Shown: positions 1-7,833 of the stretch, piece after piece
Numbering within the stretch: position 1 is the stretch's first letter
Layout: each line of letters opens with the position of its first letter
From: Anaerolineaceae bacterium
Lineage (GTDB): Bacteria > Chloroflexota > Anaerolineae > Anaerolineales > Anaerolineaceae
Direction: 5' to 3'
NCBI GenBank assembly: GCA_003446605.1
Contig: DMDF01000072.1
Location: 1-55,028, forward strand
DNA length: 55,028 nucleotides
The notes under the pieces: model-generated
Told to the model about the DNA's origin: nothing
Databases searched by the model: none
What the model saw: the letters and a program-made list of their open reading frames with translations, nothing else
Translations under genes and position numbers: made by a program

Positions 1-2
1 CG

Positions 3-509
3 CAGATTTTTATAATGAATGCCGATGGCACGGATGTGATGCCGCTAACCCTTGCTGCTGAGTCAGCTCAACTGGCTGGCTGGTCACCTGATAGCAGCCA
101 AATTCTATATGGGGCAAAGGATGAAAGAGGAGCCACGAAAGTACGCCTGATAAATATCGCAACCGGAGATATCACGGATTTATTCTCTGTTGATTTCGAT
201 GCACCATCACCAGCTTTTTCACCAGATGGTCAGTGGATTGCCTATCTTGATCGGGTTCCCGGGCGCATGGCAGGTGGCATATATTTATCTCATCCTGATG
301 GAACCGAAAAGAATTTGGCTGTTCAATTGGATTATTGGATGGTTGGCAATGTGAGTTGGAGTCCAGATGGAAAATGGCTGGTTTTTGATGTGTTAAATAC
401 CGATCTCTATATCCCAACATCCACCACAGGATTGTTGAATCTTGAAACCTGTCAGGTGATTCCTCTGATTAATCTGGATGGAACGATCCAAACTTGGGTA
501 AATCCGTAA
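3..509 (+). CDS. PD40/TolB-like beta-propeller protein, C-terminal fragment (5' end outside window)
   Basis: The reading frame is open to the window edge. It carries repeated PD40 blade motifs (AFSPDGQWIAYL, SWSPDGKWLVF, GWSPDSSQILY). Confidence 0.6.
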   Translation, partial: QIFIMNADGTDVMPLTLAAESAQLAGWSPDSSQILYGAKDERGATKVRLINIATGDITDLFSVDFDAPSPAFSPDGQWIAYLDRVPGRMAGGIYLSHPDGTEKNLAVQLDYWMVGNVSWSPDGKWLVFDVLNTDLYIPTSTTGLLNLETCQVIPLINLDGTIQTWVNP

Positions 510-581
510 ATAGCAGATGTAATTTCCATAGAATTTGTTTTGATTACAACCGTTTTTTGTTACTTTTTTGACGTATTCACG

Positions 582-598
582 ATATATATATATATATA
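582..598. repeat. (AT)n dinucleotide microsatellite, 17 nt
   Basis: The run atatatatatatatata was read directly. It lies about 30 nt upstream of the TTG start of the ECF sigma gene at 630. Confidence 0.9.
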
Positions 599-629
599 AG
601 GATAAGCAATTGATCATCTGCCATATAAA

Positions 630-1202
630 TTGTTAAAGGGAAACGAATCTCTGGTGAGAAACGAAGAAAACATTCAAGACGAAGATACCTTGGTGGAGAA
701 AGCCCGACATGACCCTGATGCCTTTGCTGCACTCTATCGGCATTATCTCACACCGCTCTATCGCTACTTGCTGCGCAGGTTAAACAACATTCACGATGCA
801 GAAGATCTCACATCCCAGGTTTTTATGGAGGCTCTCGATGGTTTGATTGCGCATCGTTATAAAAAAGGAGGGTGCTTTGCTGCCTGGCTCTTCACCATCG
901 CCCGACGCCGTTTGGTGGATTTCTATCGGCAACATCCCTCCGAACCACTTGAGGATCCGCCATCTCCAGAACCGGAGCTGCTGACTGCCATCGAAAAGGG
1001 CGAAGATGTACAGCGACTTGCTCATCTGTTGGCACAACTTGACGAGCAGCAGCAGGAATTATTACGATTGCGCTTCTCGGCGAGCTTGAGTTTTGCAGAA
1101 ATAGGAATACTGGAAGGGCGCAGCGAGGCTGCTGTCAAGATGGCTGTATATCGAACCCTCGATTTTCTTCGTGACCATTGGGCAGATGATGATGGTAACT
1201 GA
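630..1202 (+). CDS. ECF-type RNA polymerase sigma-70 family factor (copy 1)
   Basis: 190 aa. Region-2-like segment: DAEDLTSQVFMEAL...AAWLFTIARRRLVDFYRQ. Region-4 HTH: LSFAEIGILEGRSEAAVKMAVYRTL. A membrane anti-sigma-like gene follows directly. Confidence 0.85.
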   Translation: MLKGNESLVRNEENIQDEDTLVEKARHDPDAFAALYRHYLTPLYRYLLRRLNNIHDAEDLTSQVFMEALDGLIAHRYKKGGCFAAWLFTIARRRLVDFYRQHPSEPLEDPPSPEPELLTAIEKGEDVQRLAHLLAQLDEQQQELLRLRFSASLSFAEIGILEGRSEAAVKMAVYRTLDFLRDHWADDDGN

Positions 1203-3471
1203 AATGAAAAAAAACTTACCGTCCAACTTGGAGGTTGCGATGAGGCAATTCTATGCTATGGAGGAACCTGAACCTGCTTTTGCTGCCCATCTGAAAGCAC
1301 AATTGTGCCAGCGCCATAGCGAATTGGTGCCGTCAAGTCAGAAATCCCATCATTCTTTTTTAGATATGAAGCGGTCATTGGTGCAGAGAATGCGGACAAG
1401 ACCGATTATGACGATGACCACAGTTATATTGACTTTACTTTTTCTGACCGGTATTGTCTATGCAGTCACCCGCTCGGTTGGCTTTGTACCTGAGATCGGA
1501 TTTGTAAAAGATGTTCAATCTGTCCTAGAAACTCCGGTTGTTGCCAAGCGTCAGATTATGCATACACCAACAGTTGAACCCACAAATGATGTAAATCCTT
1601 CCGATACCCCGGTTCCTGTTACAACCCAGAATCGTGACGGGATTACGATCACCGTAGAACAAGCAGTAGCAGAAGTGAACCGGCTTGTGATTGCCTATAA
1701 AATTACTGGATTACCCCCAGATATTTTTAGCCCAGAACGATCTCAAGCAGTATCTGGTGAGCAGATTGAAGAGCCGATCCCTGAGCAGGTGCGCCTCCCA
1801 GATGGTACATATTTAAATTTCATGGGTGGAGGAAATTGCGAAGGTGCGGGCGACTCGGTGACATCATGGGTAGCATGCCGGATCATATTTTCACCCTTGC
1901 CGGAAGGGCTCTATGATTTTACATTAGAGATTCACCGGCTCCAAAACGCGTCTCCTGGCGAACTACCCGAGGATTGGCAGATTCCCATCCACCTGACGCC
2001 CGTTTCATCCTCTGAATCTAGTGCTCCCAGCGAGTTACAAGAACCAGATCTTCATAGCCAATCGATCGAAGGTATCACCTTGCGACTACTCAAAGCCAGT
2101 CAGGGTCCTGCGCAAACCGCTTTCCAATTCGGGCTAGAATGGGAAGGGCAAAACAATATCGTTCATCACACTGCGCCCATCACGTTGCAAGATGACCAGG
2201 GCAGATACTACATCCTCTCAGGTGGACTGGAACCCGGAAATTATTCCAGCGACAATCCTAATTTTTCCACCTTAAGCTCCTTGGTGACCGTACCTTTAAA
2301 TACAAGCGAGCTATTGACTTTCCAACTCGACTGGATCACCATGACAGCTATGGGACCGACCAATCTGCCATTTGATCCAGGAAAAGATGCAAAACCAGGT
2401 CAGGAATGGCTGCTGGATGAAAAGATTAATGTAGGTGGATTTGATCTATTTTTCACGAAGGCTCGATTGAAAAAAGATTTGGATGGATCCATCACATTTG
2501 AATTCGATATCGAAGCGCCTGATGGGGTAGTTGGTGTTGGTCTCTCTTCAAATGCTGACTCTTTCTCAACTGAGAGCGGATATGATAAAGGGAACGGAAT
2601 GCTGGTCAGCCGCATCACTCTGCCTGTACTTCCCGTCCAACCGATCACCTTTCAGGTCTCAGAAGTCCTCTATAAAGTTAACGGTCCATGGGAAATCACG
2701 TGGCAGCCCGAGCCAGTAAACTTCCTGGCAGATTTAACTGTTACTCCAGCTCCCACCCGCATGCCTGCCGCCACCCCAACCATTGCCTCTGATAATCCAC
2801 TCCTTTCTGATTTACAAGCGCTGCTAAAACATGCTGAAGCAGATAATCCACGGGGACCCGGGTGGGTACATCAGGTGATGGAAATAGACTTACCCGAATC
2901 TACTAACGTACTGGATACGGGCGACCTGCCGGAACAACCGCTCCATACACGTGTTGAAGCCTGGTATCACCTGGACGAAAAAGGATATGTTCGGACGACG
3001 GTTTATATCCGAAAGACACCGGATGGAAAATTCTTGTCAGCCGATATCGATAATGGAATTTACCACTTTAGCATCCCTGAAGGGCGGGGGTCAATCGGCG
3101 AAGATATTTATCTAGCAAAGCCATCTTATGATTTGAACCTCCTCTCCACAATGAACTCTTATGTGATGGAAGGAGGAATGCTTCGCAAGGAAAGCAGTGT
3201 GGTCGATGGAATTTCCTGTCAATTGTACCAGGCAACCCATCCTTATGATCCTCCTCAACTATTCTATGGAGAAGCGGCTTCAGTTCGCGCAGTGATTTAT
3301 TCGGCTTGTGTAGATCCTGTGAATGGAAAAGTGCTCCAGGTCCAAAGCCAAATGGAGTATGAAGATGGAACTTCATTGACTAAAGGAACAACCCGGTTTG
3401 TATCCCTTGAAAAGGTTGATGTTCTGCCGGATGAAGTGCGTCAGCTTTTGGAACAGATCGTTATGCCGTGA
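1171..3471 (+). CDS. Anti-sigma-factor-like single-pass membrane protein with large extracytoplasmic domain (paralog A)
   Basis: It overlaps or abuts the sigma stop at 1200-1202, with alternative ATG starts at 1186 and 1204. It has a short cytoplasmic N-terminus, one TM helix (IMTMTTVILTLLFLTGIVYAV) and about 660 extracytoplasmic residues. It is paralogous to 3517..5637 at both termini. There is no HxxxCxxC zinc motif. Confidence 0.65.
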   Translation: MTIGQMMMVTEMKKNLPSNLEVAMRQFYAMEEPEPAFAAHLKAQLCQRHSELVPSSQKSHHSFLDMKRSLVQRMRTRPIMTMTTVILTLLFLTGIVYAVTRSVGFVPEIGFVKDVQSVLETPVVAKRQIMHTPTVEPTNDVNPSDTPVPVTTQNRDGITITVEQAVAEVNRLVIAYKITGLPPDIFSPERSQAVSGEQIEEPIPEQVRLPDGTYLNFMGGGNCEGAGDSVTSWVACRIIFSPLPEGLYDFTLEIHRLQNASPGELPEDWQIPIHLTPVSSSESSAPSELQEPDLHSQSIEGITLRLLKASQGPAQTAFQFGLEWEGQNNIVHHTAPITLQDDQGRYYILSGGLEPGNYSSDNPNFSTLSSLVTVPLNTSELLTFQLDWITMTAMGPTNLPFDPGKDAKPGQEWLLDEKINVGGFDLFFTKARLKKDLDGSITFEFDIEAPDGVVGVGLSSNADSFSTESGYDKGNGMLVSRITLPVLPVQPITFQVSEVLYKVNGPWEITWQPEPVNFLADLTVTPAPTRMPAATPTIASDNPLLSDLQALLKHAEADNPRGPGWVHQVMEIDLPESTNVLDTGDLPEQPLHTRVEAWYHLDEKGYVRTTVYIRKTPDGKFLSADIDNGIYHFSIPEGRGSIGEDIYLAKPSYDLNLLSTMNSYVMEGGMLRKESSVVDGISCQLYQATHPYDPPQLFYGEAASVRAVIYSACVDPVNGKVLQVQSQMEYEDGTSLTKGTTRFVSLEKVDVLPDEVRQLLEQIVMP

Positions 3472-3516
3472 CGTATCCTTACTCAGTAGCTCAGTTTCTT
3501 CATAACTATTGGGAAG

Positions 3517-5637
3517 ATGATGGTGAATGAAATGAATCAACTCTTACAACCCAATTTGGAATCTGCCATGAGTCAATTTTATGTCTCACAAGAGCCAGAA
3601 CCTGTTTTTGCCGCTCACCTGGAAGAACGATTGCGACAGCGCCAACGTGAACTGGTTTCACAGAAACGGAAATTTCGTTTCTCATTTGCAGATAAAAGGA
3701 GAGCTATGATACAAAAATTACGCGCACAACCTATTCTGGCATTTTTCTTTGCCATCCTTTCGCTCGCGGCTATAACGGGAATCGTGTATGCTCTGGGACG
3801 ATTGACCGGTTTCATCCCGGGTTTTGGGTTCACGTCAGAAGGCGAGATTGTATATGTACTGGCTGAACCAGTAGAAAGCAGCGCTGGCGGGAACACACTG
3901 CACGGAGATCAAGCGGGCCGTGGCGAAGACCAATTCTGGGTAGAGCTGACGGTTGAAGGCGATGGCTTGTCTGAATGGGAGGATTTTTCAAAGGCGTTTG
4001 TTCAGCAACCGGATCATGAACCAGTGGAGTTCCGGACTAGCGGTAGTTCTGGAATTATAGAAAATGAAGTGGAATTGAGCTATAGCTTCCCTCCACTGGT
4101 AAATCAACCGCAAGAAGTAACACTTCTGATTGAGGATTTGTATGGGCAGGATTTTGCCATATCTTTAGAGCTCGAACCGGTTGAAGAAGGGGAAGTTGTT
4201 CCTGTTCCGGCAGAAGCGAGTATCCTGCAGAAGAGTGAAAGCCATCAGGGTGTGCAGTTGGTGTTGGACAATGTTGCCGTGAACAGCGAAAAGACAATTT
4301 TCCAGGTATCTCTACACTATGACCAACCGCACACATGGGTAATAGGTCCCTGGAATGTAACCTTGAGTGATGAAAAGGGTAGTTTGTATCCACTAACGGA
4401 TATTACGCCCACTACAATGCATAGTGAAGATACGCATATCTACAAAACTATTCCGTTTGATGGTACAGAAAAATTGGTGCTAACCCTGGCAACCTTTCCT
4501 CCTTCAGACTCCTTGTCTTTGTTCACGGATTTTTCGGAAGATAGCCCCAGTTTTACTTTTGATGCGGGAGAAAATCCTGAAATAGGGCAACTATGGAAAT
4601 TGAATCACGCGCTCTCTGCCGGCAGTTTTGACTTGAAGGTTATCAGCGCTACCCTGACAGATGAACCAGGTCTGGTGTTTGAGATTGAGACAGGTCCATC
4701 CGTAAGTGGCGCGAGGTTCTATTCCACTGATCCACTGGTGACCGGCTCTACGGGTGGAATCCCAGTGCATAACGGAAATATAACGGCTGGACTCACCTTT
4801 TCGGGAATGCCCGAACAACCACTTGAAATTCAGTTAATGGGTGTTTACTACCAGGCAAAAGGCACCTGGCAAATTCATTGGCAACCCCCAGCAGCTCCTC
4901 CCCAAGATATGACTGCACCAACGCGAACGGTAGCGCCTACCATGCTTCCATTACCCAGCGCGACCCCTATCACGGGTAATCCGCTCTTGCTGGAAGTGAA
5001 ACAACTGGCAGACAAATACGATGCGCCTTTCCAAAAAGGACCGGGTTGGGTGCATGTAGTTCAAGAAACTACCAGTGATCCGCGTGCTGGGCAGACCTAT
5101 CCGCCGGCTTATCTCAAAAGCGAGCAATGGTACGAAATAGATAGAGAAGGCTATGTTACCCGCATTGTATGGCTTGATTACAATAGTGATGGACAAATTA
5201 TCCAACAGAGCGCCACGGTCGGTGATTACTCGATCAACTTTACTACCGGTGATTCGGGGTTGAATAATGGTTTGCGCTATCGCTTCTCGCTAGATATAGT
5301 AACCCAAAGTTTGAGCAAGGCTGATCAAAACGGTACACAGGTGCTGCGCGAGAACAGTAAATGTGAGGATGGAAGACCCTGTTTGCTCATTACAATGCAA
5401 AATAATTTTGCCTCAGCGGTGCAAAACCCTGGTGAAGAACAAGCTTTTTCTGGCACCGGGCAACGCGCCTGGATTGATCTGGAAACTGGGCAGCAAGTGA
5501 AACATCAATCATTCTGGTTGCTTGAGGATGGCAGCGAATCAGTTATTTCTACCAAAAGCACGGTCCTCGTTGAAAAGGTGAGCAACCCGCCACAAAAGAT
5601 TCTGGATATTCTGGAAAAGGTGATTATGGTACCTTAA
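3517..5637 (+). CDS. Anti-sigma-factor-like single-pass membrane protein (paralog B, tandem duplicate)
   Basis: The N-terminus NLESAMSQFYVSQEPEPVFAAHLEERL matches NLEVAMRQFYAMEEPEPAFAAHLKAQL of the upstream gene. It has the TM helix ILAFFFAILSLAAITGIVYAL. The shared C-terminal module carries GPGWVH, WYxxDxxGYV and an IVMP/IMVP end. By homology the start is probably ATG 3532. Confidence 0.65.
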   Translation: MMVNEMNQLLQPNLESAMSQFYVSQEPEPVFAAHLEERLRQRQRELVSQKRKFRFSFADKRRAMIQKLRAQPILAFFFAILSLAAITGIVYALGRLTGFIPGFGFTSEGEIVYVLAEPVESSAGGNTLHGDQAGRGEDQFWVELTVEGDGLSEWEDFSKAFVQQPDHEPVEFRTSGSSGIIENEVELSYSFPPLVNQPQEVTLLIEDLYGQDFAISLELEPVEEGEVVPVPAEASILQKSESHQGVQLVLDNVAVNSEKTIFQVSLHYDQPHTWVIGPWNVTLSDEKGSLYPLTDITPTTMHSEDTHIYKTIPFDGTEKLVLTLATFPPSDSLSLFTDFSEDSPSFTFDAGENPEIGQLWKLNHALSAGSFDLKVISATLTDEPGLVFEIETGPSVSGARFYSTDPLVTGSTGGIPVHNGNITAGLTFSGMPEQPLEIQLMGVYYQAKGTWQIHWQPPAAPPQDMTAPTRTVAPTMLPLPSATPITGNPLLLEVKQLADKYDAPFQKGPGWVHVVQETTSDPRAGQTYPPAYLKSEQWYEIDREGYVTRIVWLDYNSDGQIIQQSATVGDYSINFTTGDSGLNNGLRYRFSLDIVTQSLSKADQNGTQVLRENSKCEDGRPCLLITMQNNFASAVQNPGEEQAFSGTGQRAWIDLETGQQVKHQSFWLLEDGSESVISTKSTVLVEKVSNPPQKILDILEKVIMVP

Positions 5638-5683
5638 ACGCAGAATTTGGTGGAAGAAACTCGAATCCGGTTACAATAATAAA

Positions 5684-7060
5684 ATGAGCTGGCATGCAAT
5701 CTTCAGTGAGCGAGAAGAAGAAGTTATTGCTCTCTTATTAGAAGGGAAAAGCAACAAACAAATTGCCTTGGCATTGAGTATATCTATCCGTACAGTTGAA
5801 TTCCATTTGGGGAATATATATTCGAAGCTACATGTCTCTTCTCGTAGCGAGGCGATCATAAAATTAACCAATAATCAACTGTGGAAATCCACAGGAAAAC
5901 TAAGAAATCACAAACTATGGCAAACCACAGTTGGACAGAAGGCGCGATCATCCGAAAATAAAAGAAACTTTAGCTCAACATGGAGGTTTCTTATGAAGAA
6001 GAGCTTTTCGAGTAGAACTGGCTTGATCGCTATCCTGGTGATCGTTGTAATCGTTTTTTTAGTACTGATCAAACCCAGTGGAAACCAAATCGCAGACCAG
6101 CCGACAATTTCACCCAGAGACCAAATTGTTACAGAAGCACAACAATTGGTCACACAATATGATCAAGCTATTCAAACTGAGATGCAAAAGGGCGAGGTGG
6201 AAACCAGTAGCGACCCTTCATCCGGGAAAGAGATTTTCCATTTCAAAGGAGATTCTTATGGAACAATTGTGACGCTCTATCATGATCTCAATGAAAAATT
6301 GCAAACCCTGAATGAACAGTACTTGGCGCTTTATATTGCGGATGTTCAACCCACCCCCTTTCCAACCCGATCCACCGAAACAGAGAATGATGATTATTAT
6401 CAGGAGCTCCTCGAGCAATATCCGAACTTTTTTAACCAATTGCTCAACGATGGTCCCACGGTAATGATCTATGACCCGGACGATGGTAACTACCACCAGC
6501 GCTTAATAGGGGATGCCTATGCTAAAAGCGAAATCATGACAGGTGCCATTGAAACTCTGCACCAGGCTCCACAAATGGCAAAGATCGATCAGGAAGCACA
6601 CATGGCACTAATACGAGAGATTTTGGGCAATCCTGATATGCACCTAACTTTTCAGGGAATACAAGGACTTGCTAATGCTCCTTGGATCAATGCAGCATTG
6701 TATGCTGATGAAATGGGAGCCACATATTGGGTCGCCATTGATGCTGGTTGCCTGGCAACCATTGATCCGGGACTAACGTCCAGAGTGGATGTTCCGGCAG
6801 TTGATGTCAAGAACATGGATGATGTCCGCCCCATAGCAGAGAAATTTGCATCCGTTTCATCGTTCCGTTTTGACGAAATGAAAAACGAATTGCTGTATGA
6901 AGAGGGAAGTAAAGGCGATATTTACTTTTTCCGGTGGGATTCTCGAAATAAAGATTGGAGCGGTACGTCTTGGGAGATGATGCCGCCTTTTCTTCAGATT
7001 GGCATGTCCGCAGATGGTGAGCTTGTAACCTACATCAACACATTGGATACCTATCCATGA
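5684..7060 (+). CDS. Membrane-tethered LuxR/GerE-family HTH regulator with about 320-aa extracytoplasmic domain
   Basis: The N-terminal GerE-type HTH reads REEEVIALLLEGKSNKQIALALSISIRTVEFHLGNIYSKLHVSSRSEAI. It has a single TM helix (GLIAILVIVVIVFLVLI, around residues 113-130). No motif was recognised in the C-terminal domain. Confidence 0.7.
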   Translation: MSWHAIFSEREEEVIALLLEGKSNKQIALALSISIRTVEFHLGNIYSKLHVSSRSEAIIKLTNNQLWKSTGKLRNHKLWQTTVGQKARSSENKRNFSSTWRFLMKKSFSSRTGLIAILVIVVIVFLVLIKPSGNQIADQPTISPRDQIVTEAQQLVTQYDQAIQTEMQKGEVETSSDPSSGKEIFHFKGDSYGTIVTLYHDLNEKLQTLNEQYLALYIADVQPTPFPTRSTETENDDYYQELLEQYPNFFNQLLNDGPTVMIYDPDDGNYHQRLIGDAYAKSEIMTGAIETLHQAPQMAKIDQEAHMALIREILGNPDMHLTFQGIQGLANAPWINAALYADEMGATYWVAIDAGCLATIDPGLTSRVDVPAVDVKNMDDVRPIAEKFASVSSFRFDEMKNELLYEEGSKGDIYFFRWDSRNKDWSGTSWEMMPPFLQIGMSADGELVTYINTLDTYP

Positions 7061-7265
7061 AGAAAAAACAATAGAGGTCGTTTTCATATACAAGTTTGTG
7101 AAGAAAGTGCATTCTCACTCGGGTGATTCCAAAAATACGAACAAGTGTTTTCTGTGTTTTCCTTGCGTTCTTGATTTTCACTTCTCAGTTTTATTTTGTC
7201 CCGTTTCTATGTTTTCCCCGTTTTACTTAATAGGAGTGTGAAATAAACATTCAAGAGGCTTTTAG

Positions 7266-7832
7266 ATGAAGAAAAAAAGAAGACACCAGCAAGATAGCCA
7301 AGATAGCAATGATGAGCCTGAAGAAAAAATGGTAGCAGAGGCAAAACAATCTCCCCAAGCTTTTGTGGCTATCTATGATCGCTATGTTAACCAAATTTAT
7401 CATTACTTTCTTAGCCACGTAGGAAATTCCGTCGAAGCTCAAGACCTGACTTCTCATGTTTTTTTAAGTGCCTTAGATGGATTAGCCACTTATCAACATA
7501 GAGGGCATTTCGCTGCTTGGTTGTTTACGATTGCAAGGCATACATGGGTGGATTATTATCGGCAGGACCACAAAGAAGTACCCCTAGAGGCTGTTATTAA
7601 CCTCCCTTCCAAAGATGACCCTTCCTGTGAAATTCTTGACCTGGAAGAAATTCAAAAGATTCGCAAAGCTGTTTATAAATTATCAGAGGATGATCAAGAG
7701 CTCATACGCCTCCGTTTTGTCGCTCGATTGAAATTTGCCGAAATCGCTTTAATCTTGGGGTGCAAAGAGGAAGCTGCCAAGAAGAGGGTGTACCGCTTAT
7801 TAGCTCGTCTGGAAAACGAAATGGAGATTTGA
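7266..7832 (+). CDS. ECF-type RNA polymerase sigma-70 family factor (copy 2, paralog of 630..1202)
   Basis: 188 aa. EAQDLTSHVFLSAL...AAWLFTIARHTWVDYYRQ parallels copy 1. Region-4 HTH: LKFAEIALILGCKEEAAKKRVYRLL. Confidence 0.85.
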   Translation: MKKKRRHQQDSQDSNDEPEEKMVAEAKQSPQAFVAIYDRYVNQIYHYFLSHVGNSVEAQDLTSHVFLSALDGLATYQHRGHFAAWLFTIARHTWVDYYRQDHKEVPLEAVINLPSKDDPSCEILDLEEIQKIRKAVYKLSEDDQELIRLRFVARLKFAEIALILGCKEEAAKKRVYRLLARLENEMEI

Positions 7833-7833
7833 A

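Noticed and set aside
510-629. A shared ECF-type autoregulatory promoter (GAAC-N16-17-CGT) upstream of both sigma genes (also 7061..7265).
   Set aside because: AAC and CGT elements are present (acAACCg...gaCGTAtt; acGAACaag...tgCGTTc), but the spacings are 21-23 nt, too long for ECF promoters. The common CCGTTT hexamer could be chance in T-rich DNA. Transcription-start mapping or motif statistics are needed.
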